A stretch of 63,926 nt of DNA, the filler included, from Aduncisulcus paluster (lineage: Eukaryota): assembly GCA_024181965.1 (NCBI GenBank). It is 41 parts of 41 records of this genome, joined end to end, with 100 filler letters (N's around TTAATTAATTAA, not from the genome) between each part and the next. Parts side by side here need not be neighbours in the genome. Positions count along the whole stretch, not along the records: positions 1 to 1,570 come from BQXS01001293.1; positions 1,671 to 2,699 come from BQXS01001294.1; positions 2,800 to 4,275 come from BQXS01001295.1; positions 4,376 to 5,379 come from BQXS01001298.1; positions 5,480 to 6,937 come from BQXS01001301.1; positions 7,038 to 8,327 come from BQXS01001307.1; positions 8,428 to 10,556 come from BQXS01001326.1; positions 10,657 to 11,673 come from BQXS01001356.1; 33 more parts are not named here. The stretch is one strand, 5' to 3'. A model generated the notes under the pieces. It saw only the letters and a list, made by a program, of their open reading frames with translations, did no database searches and was not told the DNA's origin. How positions within the stretch are numbered: position 1 is the first letter of the stretch; each line of letters opens with the position of its first letter. Shown in pieces: positions 1-10,667 of the stretch. Both the position numbers and the translations under genes were made by a program.

Positions 1-243
1 TTATCTTTTAATTATAAAAATAAAAGTACATTAAATCAAAACAAAAATAATGATGATAATTTCTTAAGCATATTGAAAAAAGTCATCTCTAAATCAAAAG
101 ACAAAGAAGGATTTGCATTAATGGCAGAAGTTGGAAAAACATTAAAAATTGAATATCCAACACAATATAATAAACATTTTGATAATAAAAGATGGACACA
201 AATAATAAAAAAACTCAAAACTCTACTACTAAAGTTAGAATAA
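1..243 (+). CDS. C-terminal fragment, probable OST-HTH/LOTUS domain protein (NYN-OST type)
   Basis: Frame 1 open from the contig edge: ...KDKEGFALMAEVGKTLKIEYPTQYNKHFDNKRWTQIIKKL...*, resembling the OST-HTH pattern. Confidence 0.4.
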   Translation, partial: LSFNYKNKSTLNQNKNNDDNFLSILKKVISKSKDKEGFALMAEVGKTLKIEYPTQYNKHFDNKRWTQIIKKLKTLLLKLE

Positions 244-305
244 AACAATACAAATAAATTTCCAACTATTTACCACAATACACCAATACCTCTAAAAATC
301 ATGCA

Positions 306-343
306 TAAAAAAAGGGAAAGCAATAATGCTTTCCCTTTTTTAT
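306..343. terminator. Bidirectional intrinsic terminator
   Basis: AAAAAAGGGAAAGCA-ataa-TGCTTTCCCTTTTTT between convergent genes. Confidence 0.85.
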
Positions 344-358
344 ACCATAGAAATAAAA

Positions 359-1413
359 TTAATTTTTATCGATACAATTTAAATCGTTAAACGCAACTTC
401 TAATCTAGCGATTAAACTATTTTGTCCAGCTCTTAACCAAACTCTAGGGTCATAGTATTTTTTATTTGGTTTATCGTCACCATCAGGGTTTCCAATTTGT
501 CCTTGTAAATAATCATGTTTATCTGCAACAAATTCTCTTACACCATCCCAGTATGCCCATTGAGTATCTGTATCAATGTTCATTTTAATAACACCATATG
601 TGATAGCTTCTCTAATCTCTTCTAAAGTAGATCCACTTCCACCATGAAATACAAAGTTCACTGGTTTAGCAGGTAAATTGTATTTTTCTGAAATAAACTT
701 TTGAGAGTTATCAAGTATTTTTGGAGTAAGTACAACATTACCTGGTTTATAAACACCATGAACATTTCCAAAAGATGCAGCTATGGTAAAGTTTTCACTA
801 ATTGAATTTAATCTTTCATAAGCATAATTTACTTCATCTGGCTGAGTATATAAAAGTGCATTATCGATATCAGAGTTATCTACTCCATCTTNNNNNNNNN
901 NNNNNNNNNNNTCATCATATCAAGTTCATTCATCTTCTTGAAATATTCAACACATGTATCAAGATTTTCTTCAATAGGCTCTTCACTTAAATCCAACATA
1001 TGAGATGTAAACAAAGGACGACCTGTATTTTTAAAATGTTCAGCACTTGCTTCAATTAAACTATCAATCCATGGTAATAGTTTTCTTGCTGCATGATCTG
1101 TATGAAGAACAACAGGTACACCATAAGCTTCTGCCATCATATGAATATGTCTAGCCCCACTAATAGCTCCTAAAGCTGATGCATTTGGTGCTTTACAACC
1201 TTTTCCTGCGAAAAATGTTGAACCACCATTACTAAATTGCAATATTACTGGTGAATTAACTTTTGCAGCTGCTTCTAAAACTCCGTTGATTGATTCTGTG
1301 TTTACAATATTTACAGCTGGTATCGCAAAATTATTCGCTTTTGCATAATCAAATAACTTTTTTGCTTCACTACCTGTTAAAACCCCTGCTTTTACTACAT
1401 CTAATACTGCCAT
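359..1413 (-). CDS. fbaA: Class II fructose-bisphosphate aldolase (Campylobacterota), spans a 20-N gap
   Basis: Motifs VVLHTDH, SHMLDLSEE, FVFHGGSGS, KMNIDTDTQWA, YYDPRVWLR. Confidence 0.97.
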
Positions 1414-1426
1414 ATTTATCTACCTT

Positions 1427-1570
1427 TTATTTATATTCTATTTTTGATTTCTTTTTTAAATCTGCTGCTATATTTTGTACTTTATCTACAAATTTTCTTT
1501 GTAAAACTTCTTGTTTTAATTGTTTTTCAATTTTTTCAAATGACATAGTTGAAGGTTCTTTTTTATCTGA
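1427..1570 (-). CDS. C-terminus of a PEB4/Cbf2-like peptidyl-prolyl isomerase
   Basis: ...MSFEKIEKQLKQEVLQRKFVDKVQNIAADLKKKSKIEYK*; lies upstream of fba, as in Campylobacterales. Confidence 0.65.
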   Translation of the reverse strand, partial: SDKKEPSTMSFEKIEKQLKQEVLQRKFVDKVQNIAADLKKKSKIEYK

Positions 1571-1670
1571 NNNNNNNNNNNNNNNNNNNNNNNNNNNNNN
1601 NNNNNNNNNNNNNNTTAATTAATTAANNNNNNNNNNNNNNNNNNNNNNNNNNNNNNNNNNNNNNNNNNNN
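1571..1670. other. Artificial contig linker (first of 40 in the window)
   Basis: N-run, TTAATTAATTAA, N-run; gives stops in all six frames; base composition often changes abruptly across it. Confidence 0.99.
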
Positions 1671-1846
1671 ACGGCAAGATGAGTTAAAAACTGTTCTATT
1701 TCTATTTTACCCATATCTTTTGGATGCTTTTTATTGTGATAAAGTATATATCTTTTAGCCCATCCGATATAACTTTGCTCTGTTTTGATACTATAGTGGT
1801 TAAATCGTATTTTATCTCTCATGATTTCAAGTAATTTTTTACCCAT
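1671..1846 (-). CDS. intI: Integron integrase, N-terminal fragment (truncated by contig end)
   Basis: MGKKLLEIMRDKIRFNHYSIKTEQSYIGWAKRYILYHNKKHPKDMGKIEIEQFLTHLA is the typical IntI N-terminus; divergent from an attI site and cassette. Confidence 0.92.
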
Positions 1847-2003
1847 AATACACTCCTAATATATTTAACATTTTGATAAACTATTAAGATTTTTAGTCAA
1901 TATCCATATATTTTGATAAGCTATTAAGGATATATCCTAATAATCTAACATAAGAATTGTATAGAAAAATCTGAAATTTTATGAGTAAATTGTATATAAT
2001 ATA

Positions 2004-2026
2004 TAACTAATAAATAGTTATCTTAG
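2004..2026 (+). other. Putative attI recombination site / start of first cassette
   Basis: AACTAATAAATA-GTTATCTTAG resembles attI1 CCCTAAAACAAA-GTT; GTTATCTTAG (2017-2026) is the exact reverse complement of CTAAGATAAC (2600-2609). Confidence 0.75.
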
Positions 2027-2039
2027 GAATTAACATCCC

Positions 2040-2068
2040 TTGACAAACCGTACGATATTTAGTACAAT
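2040..2068 (+). promoter_or_regulatory. Sigma70 promoter of the TA cassette with probable YefM operator
   Basis: TTGACA-17 bp-TACAAT; two GTAC cores (CGTACG, AGTACA) overlap the spacer and -10. Confidence 0.8.
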
Positions 2069-2094
2069 ATAGAAAATAAATTAAAAGGTATCAC

Positions 2095-2340
2095 ATGACA
2101 AAAATTATGTCAGTAAGTCAAGTTAGAGCAGATATTTACAATGTAATGGATGAAACAGCTCAAACACATGAGCCAATACTTATTACAGGAAAAAGAAACA
2201 ATGTTGTAATGCTTTCACAAGAAGATTGGAATGCAATCGAAGAAACATTATATTTAAATTCTATACCAAATATGGTATCTTCAATACAAGAATCAATGAA
2301 TGCACCAGATAGTGAATTTAGTGAAACCATTGAATGGTAG
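2095..2340 (+). CDS. yefM: Phd/YefM family antitoxin
   Basis: EPILITGKRNNVVMLSQEDWNAIEETLYLNSIP. Confidence 0.93.
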   Translation: MTKIMSVSQVRADIYNVMDETAQTHEPILITGKRNNVVMLSQEDWNAIEETLYLNSIPNMVSSIQESMNAPDSEFSETIEW

Positions 2341-2603
2341 AATACAAAATACTTTACAGTAAGTTAGCATTAAAAGATGCTAAAAAACTATCAAGTGCTA
2401 ACTTAGCTGCAAAAGCTAAAGAATTAATTGAGATAATCAGAAAAAAACCATTTCAAAATCCACCACCTTATGAAAAGTTGGTAGGGAATTTGAATGGTTC
2501 ATATTCAAGAAGAATAAATATTAAACATAGAATAGTTTATGAAATAAGAGAGATAGATAAAGTAGTACGAATCTCTAGAATGTGGTCACATTACGGTGAC
2601 TAA
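2334..2603 (+). CDS. yoeB: Txe/YoeB family toxin
   Basis: PFQNPPPYEKLVGNLNGSYSRRINIKHRIVYEI...MWSHY; overlaps the antitoxin gene. Confidence 0.93.
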   Translation: MVEYKILYSKLALKDAKKLSSANLAAKAKELIEIIRKKPFQNPPPYEKLVGNLNGSYSRRINIKHRIVYEIREIDKVVRISRMWSHYGD

Positions 2604-2699
2604 GATAACAAATCAGAGGAGACGAACAAACTAAAACTGCGAAAATATCGAGCTTATAATGTGTCAAGTTAGACATCTTAAAAACCGAATATATCTTGC
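2600..2699 (+). other. attC site, left part (truncated by contig end)
   Basis: R'' box AGATAAC directly at the yoeB stop; GCGAAAATATCG and CGAATATATCTTGC are partly complementary arms. Confidence 0.7.
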
Positions 2700-2800
2700 N
2701 NNNNNNNNNNNNNNNNNNNNNNNNNNNNNNNNNNNNNNNNNNNTTAATTAATTAANNNNNNNNNNNNNNNNNNNNNNNNNNNNNNNNNNNNNNNNNNNNC

Positions 2801-2977
2801 CGCGATGCCAGCCGAAGGCGGTCGGACCGCGCCGTGACAGTACCGTTCGGCCGCCAGGGCACCGGCTGGGAGGTCGCGTATACTGCATTGTTCCTGATTT
2901 CGAACGAATCCTCCTACGTGAACGCGCACACCCTGTTCCTCGATGCCGGTCACATGGGCGGAATCGTGCGTGGCTGA
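2801..2977 (+). CDS. SDR oxidoreductase C-terminal fragment (Bradyrhizobium-like)
   Basis: VPFGRQGTGWEVAYTALFLISNESSYVNAHTLFLDAG. Confidence 0.8.
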   Translation, partial: RDASRRRSDRAVTVPFGRQGTGWEVAYTALFLISNESSYVNAHTLFLDAGHMGGIVRG

Positions 2978-3052
2978 TCTGCGGACGGGCCATTGCGCTC
3001 GTCGCCGCAATGCACAACTGTCCGTCATCCATCATTATCTGGAACATTTCAC

Positions 3053-4140
3053 ATGAGCCAATCGACCAAACTCCTCGAGCCCTACAAGCTTGGCGCGCTG
3101 ACCCTGTCGAACCGCCTGGTAATGGCGCCGCTGACGCGCAACCGCGCGCCGGCGCCGAACTTCGCGCCGGGCCCGCTCGCGGTGGAGTATTACGGCCAGC
3201 GCGCGTCGGCCGGCCTCCTGATCACCGAAGCCAGCCAGGTCTCGCAGCAGGGCCAGGGCTATCAGGACACGCCCGGCATCTATTCCAAGGAGCAAGTCGA
3301 GGGCTGGCGCAAGGTCACCGATCGCGTGCATGAGCGCGGCGGCCGCATCTTCATCCAGCTCTGGCATGTCGGCCGCATCTCGCATGTGGCGCTACAGCCG
3401 AACGGCGGCGCACCGGTGGCGCCGAGCGCGATCCGCGCCAAGACCAAGACCTTCGTCAACGGCACCTTCGCCGATGTCTCCGAGCCGCGCGCGCTGGAGC
3501 TGTCGGAGATCCCCGGCATCATCGACGATTTCAAGCGCGCCACCGCAAACGCGATTGCCGCCGGCTTCGACGGCGTCGAAATCCACGGCGCCAACGGCTA
3601 TCTGCTCGACCAGTTCGCCAAGGATGGCACCAACAAGCGTACCGACGCCTATGNNNNNNNNNNNNNNNNNNNNAAGTGTCCAAGGCAGTGGTGGGCGAAG
3701 CTGGCGGAGACCGCACCGGCATCCGCATCTCGCCGGTGACCCCAGCCAACGATGTTTCCGACAGCAATCCGCAGCCGTTGTTCGACTATATCGTCGATCA
3801 TCTCAATGCGCTGAAGCTGACCTATATCCACGTCATCGAAGGCGCGACCGGCGGCCCGCGCGACAACGCGCCGTTCGACTACGCCTCGCTGCGCAAGCGC
3901 TTCAAGCAAGCCTACATCGCCAACAACGGCTACGACTTCGCGCTGGCGGAGAAGGTGCTGGAGGCCGGCGCTGCCGACCTGATCGCGTTCGGCAAGCCGT
4001 TCATCTCCAATCCTGATCTCGTCGAGCGGCTCAAGGCCGGCGCTCCGCTGAACGAATGGGACAAGGCGACCTTCTACGGCGGCGGCGCCAAGGGCTACAC
4101 GGATTACCCGACGCTGAAGGCAACCGAAGCGGCGGAGTAA
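3053..4140 (+). CDS. nemA: Old yellow enzyme / alkene reductase, spans a 20-N gap
   Basis: NRLVMAPLTRNRA, FIQLWHVGRISH, GFDGVEIHGANGYLLDQF, FISNPDL, GYTDYP. Confidence 0.93.
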
Positions 4141-4158
4141 GATCGGGCTTGGTCTACC

Positions 4159-4275
4159 TCGTCATTTCCCCGGTGCGCAATTGCGCACCTGAGGATGCGG
4201 CGCCAGGTGCAGACCCGGAATCCATTGATCCGCATCATGCGCGTTGGGATGGATTCCGGGCTCGCGCTTCGCAGG
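4159..4275. repeat. Bradyrhizobiaceae-type palindromic intergenic repeat
   Basis: CGTCATT...GGTGCGCAATTGCGCACC...CCCGGAATCCA...TGGATTCCGGG hairpins. Confidence 0.6.
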
Positions 4276-4375
4276 NNNNNNNNNNNNNNNNNNNNNNNNN
4301 NNNNNNNNNNNNNNNNNNNTTAATTAATTAANNNNNNNNNNNNNNNNNNNNNNNNNNNNNNNNNNNNNNNNNNNN

Positions 4376-5379
4376 CATATGGTGAAGAGCATGACCCATC
4401 TCATGAAAAAGTGTCACAACATCACTATGTCTTAAAAGTGATGGTGTATTTTCTGTAGAGATTGGAAAGTTACATACTATATATGCTGTAGCTAATGTTT
4501 CTTTATCGTCGATGATACTATGAGTGTGCCAGTTATTCATCCAAGCCCCACCTCTTTTATCATCTCTAGCTTCTAAATCTATATAGAGTCTTGATATAGT
4601 TTTGTTTGTTATTGAATCACTCAGTTCGTAAACTACTGCTTTGTCATCCCAAGCTGGTGTTTCTACTTTTGTAAATGTGATATTAAAAATAGTATTTAAA
4701 AAATCAAATAATCCATTTAATACACTGTTTTTTTCAAAATATGGTCTATAGTACTCTTCATCTATATCATATTTTTCCTCTTTAAGTTTTTGGCTGTAGT
4801 AGCCTAAATCGTAACTTTGTATATCTTCACAACCATCTTTTGAGCTAAATTCTTTAAGCTCCTCCACCTCTTCTTTTGCTTTATCTTGAGAGTATTTACC
4901 TAGTTCTGATAAAAAGCTCAATACATCATCTTCTGACTTTGCCATTTTTGTAGCAAGTGAAAGCTGTGCATAGTTCTCGAAGCCTAAAAGTTTTGCTTCT
5001 TTTTGTTTGAGTTCTAAAATTTGTTCTATTAGTTTTCCATTTTGAGGAGCTCTTGTACAATACGCTTTGTAAATCTCTTCTCTTTTTTCTCTATTTGTTC
5101 CGTAAGTAATATATGAAATATATGATGGCATTTGTAGTGTAAATTTGTATTTAGTTTTTCCATCTGTTTCATCAATAAATGTAGCTATCTCTAAATCACT
5201 TTTAGGTATCTCTTTTACATCATCAAAATCTTCAAGAATCATCTCCCAATCATTTGTAGCATCAAGTAGATTTTGAGAGAACTCTTTTCCTAGTTCACTT
5301 AACTTTAGATTTAACTCTTCTAGTGTTTTTTTATCTGCATCGTTTAGACCACAACCACCAAGTTTAAAGTCTCTTATCT
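4376..5379 (-). CDS. prlC: M3 family oligopeptidase A, internal fragment
   Basis: KRGGAWM, AYIVCNF, LLRHSDVVTLFHEMGHALHH (HEXXH). Confidence 0.93.
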
Positions 5380-5479
5380 NNNNNNNNNNNNNNNNNNNNN
5401 NNNNNNNNNNNNNNNNNNNNNNNTTAATTAATTAANNNNNNNNNNNNNNNNNNNNNNNNNNNNNNNNNNNNNNNNNNNN

Positions 5480-6031
5480 TAAAATAGATGATTGATATTT
5501 GAAAATTTTTTTATTTTCTTCATCACAAACATATCTTTTAGAAACAAGACTGATGGAGATTTTATTTTTCTTATATAACAACTCTGTGGGTTGATATACT
5601 TCTGTTTCGATGAACTCTTCAAGTGTTCTATTCTCATCAATAACTTGGTAGTTCAGTGACTTTGTAATAAGTGTTATCATAGCTTCTTTAGAACCTTTGA
5701 GATATGCATTGATTGCTACTTGTTCCTCTTCTGTATATTCATCTTCTTTTTCAATAATAAAGTTTGCTAATTCTTGTTCTAGTTTATCAATTGTTTTTAA
5801 ATAAGTATTGTCTGGTGTAGTTTCAACTAAAATTGCATTTACTGGTTGAATATCAATATTTAAAAATTTATATATTTTCAAAGCAGAAAGTTTAGTAATC
5901 TCTTTATTTAGATACTCTTTTCTGAGAGAACCATTATATAAAACTTTATCCCGTGCAATATCGATGAACTCTTGTTCATCAATGATTCTATATTTATGAC
6001 TCGGTGAATATAATTTATATGCATTTGTCAT
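5480..6031 (-). CDS. Hypothetical protein (Campylobacterota-like), 3' truncated
   Basis: Long open frame with ATG and upstream AAGGG; no motif recognised. Confidence 0.6.
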
Positions 6032-6073
6032 AGCAACCCTTTTTCTTTTTTGTAATTATAGCATTTTTATATA

Positions 6074-6937
6074 CTATTTTGGTAAAGAAATTGTAAAAAG
6101 TGCACCTCTATATTGTTTGTTATTATGACTGAATTTGTTGTTTTCTACAAATATTGTTCCATTCATCCCTTCAACAATAAACTTGTATGTCATATGTAGC
6201 CCTATTCCTGTTCCTTGTGCTNNNNNNNNNNNNNNNNNNNNTGCCATTTGCATTATCTAATATTTCAATAATAGTTTTATCTTCTTTAGTATATGTTGAG
6301 ATAATGATAATTTTTTCATCTACTTTATTTTCATCTAATGCGTCTTTTGCATTGTGAAATAAATTGATAAAACATTGAATGAGTTCATTTGGATAACCAT
6401 TCAAATAAATATTTTTTTCTAATTTTAAAATAATTTCTATATGGTGTGATTTGACAGAACCTTCAACTAAGTTCAAAAATGAGTGTATAGTATCTTCTAA
6501 ATTGAAATTTGATTTTTCTCTATCCCCTTTTATAAAATTCTTAAAGTCATCAATTGTTTTTGATAAGTATTGTGCATGTGTATTGATAGCATTACATGTT
6601 TTTTCAAAATCATTGTCATCTAATATACCATATTCTTTTTGGGTTAGCATCCCTGTAGCACCCGTAGATATGATAGATAGTGGTTGTCTCCATTGATGTG
6701 CTATATTACCAAGCATCTCACCCATGGCTGCTAGTTTTGATTGTTCCGCAATCATTTGATCTTTTTGTTTTACTTTGCTTTTATAGTTTTCAAATCTTAT
6801 TTGAATAGCATAAGATAAAGAAAGTGACAATAAAATAATAATAAGTAAAATAAAAAATGAAATTATCATAATAGTATTGAGTTTTTGATGATTTGATTGA
6901 GTTAATTCTTTTTTCTTTTTTTGAATTAATCTCTCTA
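6074..6937 (-). CDS. Sensor histidine kinase, C-terminal part
   Basis: H-box GEMLGNIAHQWRQPL, N-box NLFHNAKDA, DNANG, GTGIGL, GALFTISLPK*. Confidence 0.92.
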
Positions 6938-7037
6938 NNNNNNNNNNNNNNNNNNNNNNNNNNNNNNNNNNNNNNNNNNNNTTAATTAATTAANNNNNNN
7001 NNNNNNNNNNNNNNNNNNNNNNNNNNNNNNNNNNNNN

Positions 7038-7288
7038 GTCGCAAACAGATCATGCCCAATTCAACATCCAGTCAACTGAATGTCATAACCGCTATTTAGC
7101 AGGTATTGGTCTCGTTCGTTATCGCAATAAAGCAGACAGATCACTCCACGAACTAAAAACGGCCATGCACCACTCATCAAACAATCATGAAAGAGCTATC
7201 AATCTGTCAATCCTTCGAATGTCTGGGCCTGGTAAGCTTCCCCGCGTTGAGTCAAATTAAGCCGCAGAATCCACACCTGGTGTAGATC

Positions 7289-7322
<34 letters not shown>

Positions 7323-7334
7323 GTACTCCCCCCA

Positions 7335-7366
<32 letters not shown>

Positions 7367-8327
7367 TGGAAGTGTCATTGTAAAGGTGGACAAAAAGTCC
7401 AATCCCTAGTCGGCATAGTTTATGGCTGGGACTACGGTGGTGTCTAATCGCCTTCGATCCCCCAACTTTCGTTCTTGATTAATGAAAGCGTCCTTGCCAA
7501 ATGCTTTCGCAGTAGTTGGTCTGCCTGCGGTCTAAAAATTTCACCTCTCACGCAAGCATACCAATGGCCCCGACCGCTCCTATTAATCATTACTCTGCCG
7601 TGAAACCAACGAGCCGTGACAAGAGTCATGGTCGATATTCCATGCTTCAGTGGTCAATCGCGAATAATCGCTTGCCTTGAACACTCCAATTTCCTCAAGG
7701 TATCTGGCACGCTCTAACAACCGAAGTTAAAAGAGAGCACAGTGTAGGGCACACGAGGCCTGAACTAAGACAACTCACGAGCCAAATCACCGCCGAAGCG
7801 ACAATCCACCAAGCTAATAACGTCATCACACTAGAAAGCTTCCAGTGGCTCAGCGCCTGGCACCCTGAAGTCCAACTACGAGCGTTTTAACTGCAGCAAC
7901 TTTAATATATGCTACTGGAGCTGGTATTACCGCGGCTGCTGGCACCAGATCTTGCCCTCCAGTAGTTTCTCAAGGGGTATGATTTAACCCCTTCCATTTC
8001 GAAGCTGGAAGATAAAATCTCCCGAGCCTGATATTCTTCGTCACTACCTCCGACAATTGTCGATTGGGTAATTTTCGCGCCTGCTGCCTTCCTTGGAAGT
8101 GTCAGCCGTCTTTAAGGCGGACTCTCCGGAGTCGAACCCTAATCCTCCGTACCCATCAAAACCATTGTTGTCCACTACACAACAATCGAAAGTTAATAGG
8201 TAAGAAAGTGGAAGGGCGCACCGTCTCGAAAGAAACGGTCAGTTGAGTTATCCTTGTTCACATCACAAGCCTCCCAGCCGAAACTGAAAGACAAGGTTGG
8301 TTCCGAGAGCGGATAAATACAGTGGGT
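7038..8327 (-). rRNA. Eukaryotic 18S rRNA, partial and divergent
   Basis: Reverse complement contains GTGCCAGCAGCCGCGGTAA, AAACTTAAAGGAATTGACGG, GGTGCATGGCCG, GATAACGAACGAGACC. Confidence 0.97.
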
Positions 8328-8842
8328 NNNNNNNNNNNNNNNNNNNNNNNNNNNNNNNNNNNNNNNNNNNNTTAATTAATTAANNNNNNNNNNNNNNNNN
8401 NNNNNNNNNNNNNNNNNNNNNNNNNNNAAATGAAATGGAAATATATCCATGTTATTGAATAGCATTGAAATCGTTCATAAATGTTCTTAACACGTGAAAT
8501 GGAACTATATCCAGTCCTGATGGGTTCCAAAAAGCCTGAGATATCGAGAATAAACACCATGGCATGGAAATGTAAATAAAACATGTTTTTATCATTTACC
8601 AGCATTTAACTCGTTTATATGTGTTTTTTAAATTTCCAATCTTATCTATTGAAGGGTTGATTGTTCAGTTTGTTGGCGGCTAAGCACCGATGTCCATTTT
8701 TTCTCGTCGTACAAGCAAATTGTATGTTTACTATATGCCATATCTTTTATTAAATGTATATTAAGAAATATTTTAACCGGATTCATTCATTATTCTGCTT
8801 GTTTTTATTTTTTTTTAGATAAGAAATTCTATCTCTATTCAA

Positions 8843-10556
8843 ATGAGTTCATCCACAGATGTTATTATTCAAACTGTGGAACCTGAGTTTATTCACGAAG
8901 GAGATAAGTATTGCTGTCCAATTCCTAGAGATGTCCCCAATATTAAGAGTGCAGAGTTTCCAACTATCAAAGCAATAGATGGAACCAAAAAAAAACGTGA
9001 TAAAAAGCACGATCAGAGTTCTTGGGCACGAGAGATGATGAAAGGAGAGTGGAATGATGGACATTTTACCCATATTTCCATTCCTTTCTCTCCATCTTCC
9101 CCAATGAAAGGGGCTTATATCTGTCTATATGGTAATTATTGGATGTCACGTCCATCACATCTTATCTTCACTCTCAAATCTTCAAAGGGCGAGAAAACAT
9201 CCAAGAAATTCGAGTTTCCTGGATCTAAAGGCTATCATTGGTATTTCCTTCCTGTTGATCTCCCTGATGTTGTTCTGTGTGAGATTACAGGGAAAGTAAG
9301 ATATAGCAGGTATTTTAGAATCTCATCCCTCGTTTTCATTAGTAGAGAAGAAACTCCTGAAGAAATCAAAGCTCATAAAGCGAGAGAGAAACTATGGTCT
9401 GAAACTCCAGTTGTGAAACCAGAGTTTGTTAAGGAAGGAGATAGAGATTCTATTCCCATTCCACGAGATAATCCAAAGCTTGTTGATCCTTCATTCTCAA
9501 TGGTTAATTGCAAGAATGATGTGTATAGTAAGGAATCTAAGGGGTATGATCAGAGTTCAAAAGCACAAAGAATGTTAAAAGGGGAATGTGGTGTTAGCTT
9601 ATCCCATCTTTCCATCCCTTTCCCATCACCTAGTCCTATGAAAGGTGCTTATATCTGTGTTCATAAGAATACAAGTTCACCCTCTCTTCTCTTTACTTTC
9701 ACTGATTGTGATGGTAAGAAAACATGCAAGAAGTATGAATTTATACAACCAAAACATGATTTTGAATGGCGTTTCCTTCCTATTGATTTGTCAAATGTTG
9801 TATTGTGTGAGATTGAGGGGAAAGGAAGGTGGAGTTGGAAGAATGTGTTGTATAAGAATAGTAGAAATTTCTACATCTCTCCCTTGTTTTCCTTCGAGGT
9901 GATGATATTCCCACCTCTCCTCCTCTTCTTACTCCTGTTCCTGTTCCTTCCAGTTCCTCCAAGACACCCACATCAACTTTGTCTTTGCCATCAAAACGTG
10001 TTAAAGAAGCTGTGAAAGAAGAAGGAGAAGAAATTGTTATTGAAGGAAATGATAAGGATCCAACACCAAAAGACACCAAACAGAAGAAACATAAGGATAA
10101 AAAGAAACATAACCCCAAGGATGGCGAGCCCAAGTCTAACCCCAAGCACGACTCGCTAACCCTGACATCTGCATCCACGCTGACTTCACAGTGCATCATT
10201 GGCAGTGGTGGGTTCGGAGAGGTTCTTCTTGTTCTTATTGATGGCATTCCTTTCCCATGTGTTCTGAAGAAGATGCTTCGGATTGCGGACAAAACTGTTG
10301 TGAAAGGGTGTCGGAAGGAGTTTAAAGTGCAACTCAAGTGGTTTAACAATCCCAAATGTTTCAACCGTATCCCACGTCCTCTGTATATCCTTGACCTGCT
10401 TGATTGCTATATGAAAGGTGTGTATGGCTTCCTGATGGAGTTCTGTGTTGGAGGCAGTGTGAGTGCGTTTGCCAAGCGTTGGTGTGCTGATGGCAAGTAT
10501 GTGAGTGTTGATGATACTGCTGATGATAGTGAACCCTCAGACTCAGACTCGTCTCA
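8843..10556 (+). CDS. Eukaryotic protein: two tandem ~180-aa repeats plus a Ser/Thr kinase domain; 1-nt frameshift near 9879
   Basis: Motif blocks PEF..EGD...PIPRD, H.SIPF...SPMKGAYIC and FLP.DL..VVLCEI.GK each occur twice; kinase IGSGGFGEV, CVLKKM, FLMEFCVGGS. Confidence 0.8.
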
Positions 10557-10667
10557 NNNNNNNNNNNNNNNNNNNNNNNNNNNNNNNNNNNNNNNNNNNN
10601 TTAATTAATTAANNNNNNNNNNNNNNNNNNNNNNNNNNNNNNNNNNNNNNNNNNNNATGTAAGAAGC

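Noticed and set aside
1615-1626. Recurring TTAATTAATTAA motif (40 copies) as a biological repeat
   Set aside because: Always embedded in N-runs: a synthetic six-frame-stop linker. ORFs ending in ...XLIN or ...XN are artefacts.
7199-8246. Small ORFs inside the 18S region (also 13088-13670 inside the 28S)
   Set aside because: Chance frames in rRNA genes.
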